From Octopus bimaculoides (taxonomy: Eukaryota): 64,000 nt of DNA. Both the position numbers and the translations under genes were made by a program. The stretch is from assembly GCF_001194135.2 (NCBI RefSeq), contig NC_069004.1, forward strand, positions 15,412,178 through 15,476,177, written 5' to 3'. Positions 60,434 through 64,000 of this stretch are shown here, piece by piece. Below the pieces are notes generated by a model. The model was not told the DNA's origin, did no database searches, and saw only the letters and a list, made by a program, of their open reading frames with translations. Position 1 is the first letter of the stretch. Each line of letters begins with the position of its first letter.

Positions 60434-63400
60434 GTAAGTAATTTTTGTTTCAGTAAATACGTTATCAATCATTTATATGTCTACTAGAATCAATGTACTT
60501 AGTATATCTTTAAACAATCGTCTTTTATATACGATGAATCCGTGTTTGTTGGATGAACCCAAATGACTCCTTTATTGACTCGCGAACCAGCGATTCCCAT
60601 TTTATTTTATTAAGTCCCAACACTTGTAGTATTATGGATAGTATATTTTAGTTAAACAGTAGCTATCCTGGAATAATATCTAATGTATTTAACCATTTTT
60701 GGCTGTCAAAACGAATTGTGAAAGTTACTGGCAGTGTTTATTATTTTGCTGAATCATTGTATCAAAGAAACTCAAATCAGAAAAATGTGCCAATATTTTT
60801 AGATCATTTGAGCTTTTAGGTTTTGTGGGAAAATTTAAAACTAAATAAAAAAAAAAACAGAATTCTGCCAAAAATTTTTTTAAACCAGCTTTAGAAAAAA
60901 CTAATTTTATTCAACAGACAAATCTCAACTTAACGTTGTGAAGGATATTCTATTGTGCTAGTTANNNNNNNNNNATTCAACAGACAAATCTCAACTTAAC
61001 GTTGTGAAGGATATTCTATTGTGCTAGTTACTGTTATTCCTGTAGACTTTATTTGTGAGGGTTGGTGAAAAAATTGACCCGAAAAACCGCTATTCTACAT
61101 GATCTGTCCCTTCATTTTCCTGCCCCCCCCCCCCCTATCATAGCGTCGATCTTGTTCTATGAAGGAAAAAAATTGCCAGTGCCGCCAAACTCCTAAGGAA
61201 AAATTCCACTTTTTGAAAGCCGTTTATCATCAAATATACTGAAAATCCAGATGAATTGGGTTTTTTTTTTGTGTGGTGGTGGTGGTAGTGTGTTTAGCCC
61301 TAGGTCAACCTTGCTTCAATAGATCTATAAGTATTCCAGCCATGACTCTCCCGTCTGTTTCCTGGGCAGTGTGTGTGCAGGACTACGTTATTTAATGTGT
61401 CCTCTAATTAATTAATTAATTAAATTGTGTCCTCTAAACAGTGGGTTGTTATATGAGAGTGATTTAGCTGCTATTTCTAACCTACGAATATAGACTCACT
61501 TTTGGCTCGTATTGGGAGTCAGAAATGTTTCTTCTTTATACGTTGAAGTAAATGTACTTCATTGTATGATAAAAGCTCAAAATGAAAATTTTCGTATATT
61601 GTAATTAGCCATACCTAAATCTGTTAAAGAATTGAAAATAGTTTCTTGAGCCACTATAACATAATATAACTAGTATTAAAGAACACATTATCTCAGTGCC
61701 ATCTGGATAGTGTATTTAATAGAAATATAGGAATTTTTTTGTTTGTTTGTTGCAATTTCATATTGTGTAGTCAGGAATGAGTTGCCATAATAAACAAGGG
61801 AGTTAGTGAGGACCATAGTTGAGGAAGGAAGAAAAAACAGAGAACTTATATTTCTTAACAACTGGGAGTTTCCATTTCTTTGCAATATGCTAACTGAATT
61901 CCCCTATTCTATAATAATGATAATTGTCTGTCATAGGCGCAAGGCCCTAAATTTTAGAGGAGGGGCTGCTAGCCAATTAACTTAATTTCAGTGCTCGGCT
62001 GGTACTTTATCAACCTCAAAAAGATGACCATGGCAGGATTAGAACTCAGAACATGAAGCTGGAAGAAATCCCACTGAGCATTTTGCCTGACATGTTAACG
62101 ATTCTGCCAGCTTGCCAGCTGCTAATAATAATAATAATAATAATAATAATAGTAATAGTAATAGTAATAATAATAATAATAATAATTTAATCCTTTCTAT
62201 TCTAGGCATAAGGTCTGGGATTTTATTGAGAGGGGCTTGTCAATTACACTGACCCCAGTGCACAACTGGTACTTATTTCATTGACCCGAAAGAAATGGCA
62301 CCTAACATTTTGTCCTGCATGCTAATGATTCTGCCAGCTTGCTACTTTAATAGTAATAATAATAATAACTGATGTGTGGCTAAGTGGTTAGTGTATTTGG
62401 CTCACAACTGTAAGGTCGTGAGTTCAATTCCTGACAGCTCTCGAGCAAGGCACTTTATTTCACATTACTCCAGTTCACACAACTGGCAAAAATGAGTAGT
62501 TCCTGTAACCCAATGAGTCAGCCATGCCACATTCTGTATCATGCTGAATCTCTCTGAGAACTGCACTAAGGGTACGTGTATCTGTGGAGTGCTCAGCCAC
62601 TTTCACATTAATTTCATGAGCAGGCTGTTCTGCTGATTAGATCAGCTGGAGTCCTTGTCATCATAATCACCGGAGTGCCAGCTAATAATAACTGATTTTT
62701 TATTCACCAAAAAGATGAGAAATTGAGGACATTACCAAAGTGAGTTGCAAAAACAGTGGGAGGAGATCAAATCATGTAAAAACCTTTAATTACATGTGTT
62801 TTCCTTCTTTATTCTTGATTGTGTTGTCACTAAACATAAGGGAAAATATCCTCCCCTCTACCCCCTTCCTATTTTGTCACCTCCCTTTAATGATTGTTGT
62901 TATTTTCTTACAGGAATGCTTCTTTGACTAATAATGGAATTACTCTGCCCCATGTCTACAAGACTGGAACTACAATAGCTGGAGTTATTTTTAAGGTAAC
63001 TTAATGTTTTAAAATTGTATTTAGTTCTTTACTGGAGAAATGTGTTGGTGAAGATTTGTATTTTCACTTTACTATTCAGATTAATTCATCAAAATGTAAT
63101 GCTTATTATCCACATTTTAAAAAATTATTCATGTATCTTGTAGCTTTGAGATTTTTGAAGATGTGCTTGTTTATTTTTAGAATAACATTGTTGGGTAGGT
63201 GTAAGAAGCTGGGTCTGGTTAGTTGCAATATAAAAGAAACAGAATATTTGGGCTGGATATGGCCATTTTAAATGTTAATGGGTTAAGCAAATACAGATTA
63301 ATGTACACTGAAGTAGATTATAATACTGTATTATTAATACACACAGTAGTATTGATGTCAGATGGATTCTGAAATGGATTTGTATCAGGGCTGATGAGTT

Positions 63401-63526
63401 AATCTCTTCTCTGTTTCTTTATTTTTAGGATGGTGTAGTTCTTGGAGCAGATACAAGAGCTACTGAAGACACTATTGTAGCTGACAAAAACTGTGCAAAG
63501 ATCCATTATATGGCTGACAACATTTA
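60372..63526 (+). CDS. PSMB7: 20S proteasome subunit beta type-7 (beta2), exons 1-3; gene continues past the window end
   Basis: join(60372-60433,62914-62995,63429-63526): [25 protein letters not shown]...KTG|[36 protein letters not shown]. 39-aa propeptide; catalytic Thr1 (codon 62969-62971), Asp17 and Lys33 intact. Confidence 0.96.
62124..62187. repeat. (AAT)n/(AGTAAT)n microsatellite
   Basis: Direct inspection. Confidence 0.9.
62914..62995 (+). CDS. PSMB7: PSMB7 exon 2 (autocleavage site, Thr1)
   Basis: ttacag|[27 protein letters not shown]|gtaact. Confidence 0.96.
63429..63526 (+). CDS. PSMB7: PSMB7 exon 3
   Basis: ttttag|[32 protein letters not shown](Y)|gtaagt. Confidence 0.97.
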
Positions 63527-64000
63527 GTAAGTAAAACATACTTTAATTAATTATTATTATTATTATTCTTTTCAACCCAGGTTTTGTTGGAACTCCTGGT
63601 GTCTTGCATACATAGCTGGCTACAGCCTTTTCACCTATCTAATATCTTCCTGGTTGTTCTGGCGGAGCCAAGGAGGCAGACCTTTTGTAACAGCTCTACT
63701 GACACTCTTTTCCAATTTCTTTTATATTCCTCTTAATACCTTCTGATACTGTCCCTAAGGACCTAACACTGATTAGCACTATCTTCACCTTCATTTTCCA
63801 TAGCAGGGCTATTTCGTACTTAAAGGACTGTATATGTCTTTTTTCTTTCTCTTTCCCTTCCTTCTTGAATATAAAAGGTAAGAGGCTCAACCATAACTGA
63901 GAAGGGAACTTCATGGGAAAAAAGTTCTTCTCTCTGTCTGGTGGGACTGTCAACAATTAGAGCGTTTGAAGAAAAAAAAGACCCACTTTAGTGAATCGAA

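Noticed and set aside
60907-61030. Direct repeat flanking a 10-N gap
   Set aside because: Same assembly-overlap artefact.
1-64000. CRISPR array, rRNA, or prokaryotic/HGT system
   Set aside because: No regularly spaced repeat-spacer array, no rRNA motifs and no intronless gene-dense segment; all real genes are spliced eukaryotic housekeeping genes.

Overview
AT-rich, repeat-dense eukaryotic window with several N gaps. The SINE, RTE and MITE families point to an octopod cephalopod (inference). I reconstructed four intron-containing genes by hand from GT-AG splice sites, exon phase and protein motifs; the ORF track shows only pieces of them. They are PHYHD1 (+, 11 coding exons, 23284-35710, 286 aa, intact HxD...H triad), MRRF (-, 6 coding exons, 46374-38193, 278 aa), RBM18 (+, 6 coding exons, 49091-56963, 195 aa) and the first three exons of PSMB7 (+, from 60372, running off the window). 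MRRF and RBM18 are head-to-head, as in human. From recall, all four human orthologues lie on 9q33-q34, the MHC-paralogous region, so this looks like a surviving ancient bilaterian microsyntenic block. The first ~20 kb has no recognisable host gene. It holds RTE, mariner, CRE-like, LOA-like and Gypsy remnants, SINEs and MITEs, plus a weak candidate minus-strand spliced ORF with an acidic tail. No CRISPR array, rRNA or bona fide tRNA was found, and I see no evidence of a novel enzymatic system. The main interest is synteny and gene architecture.
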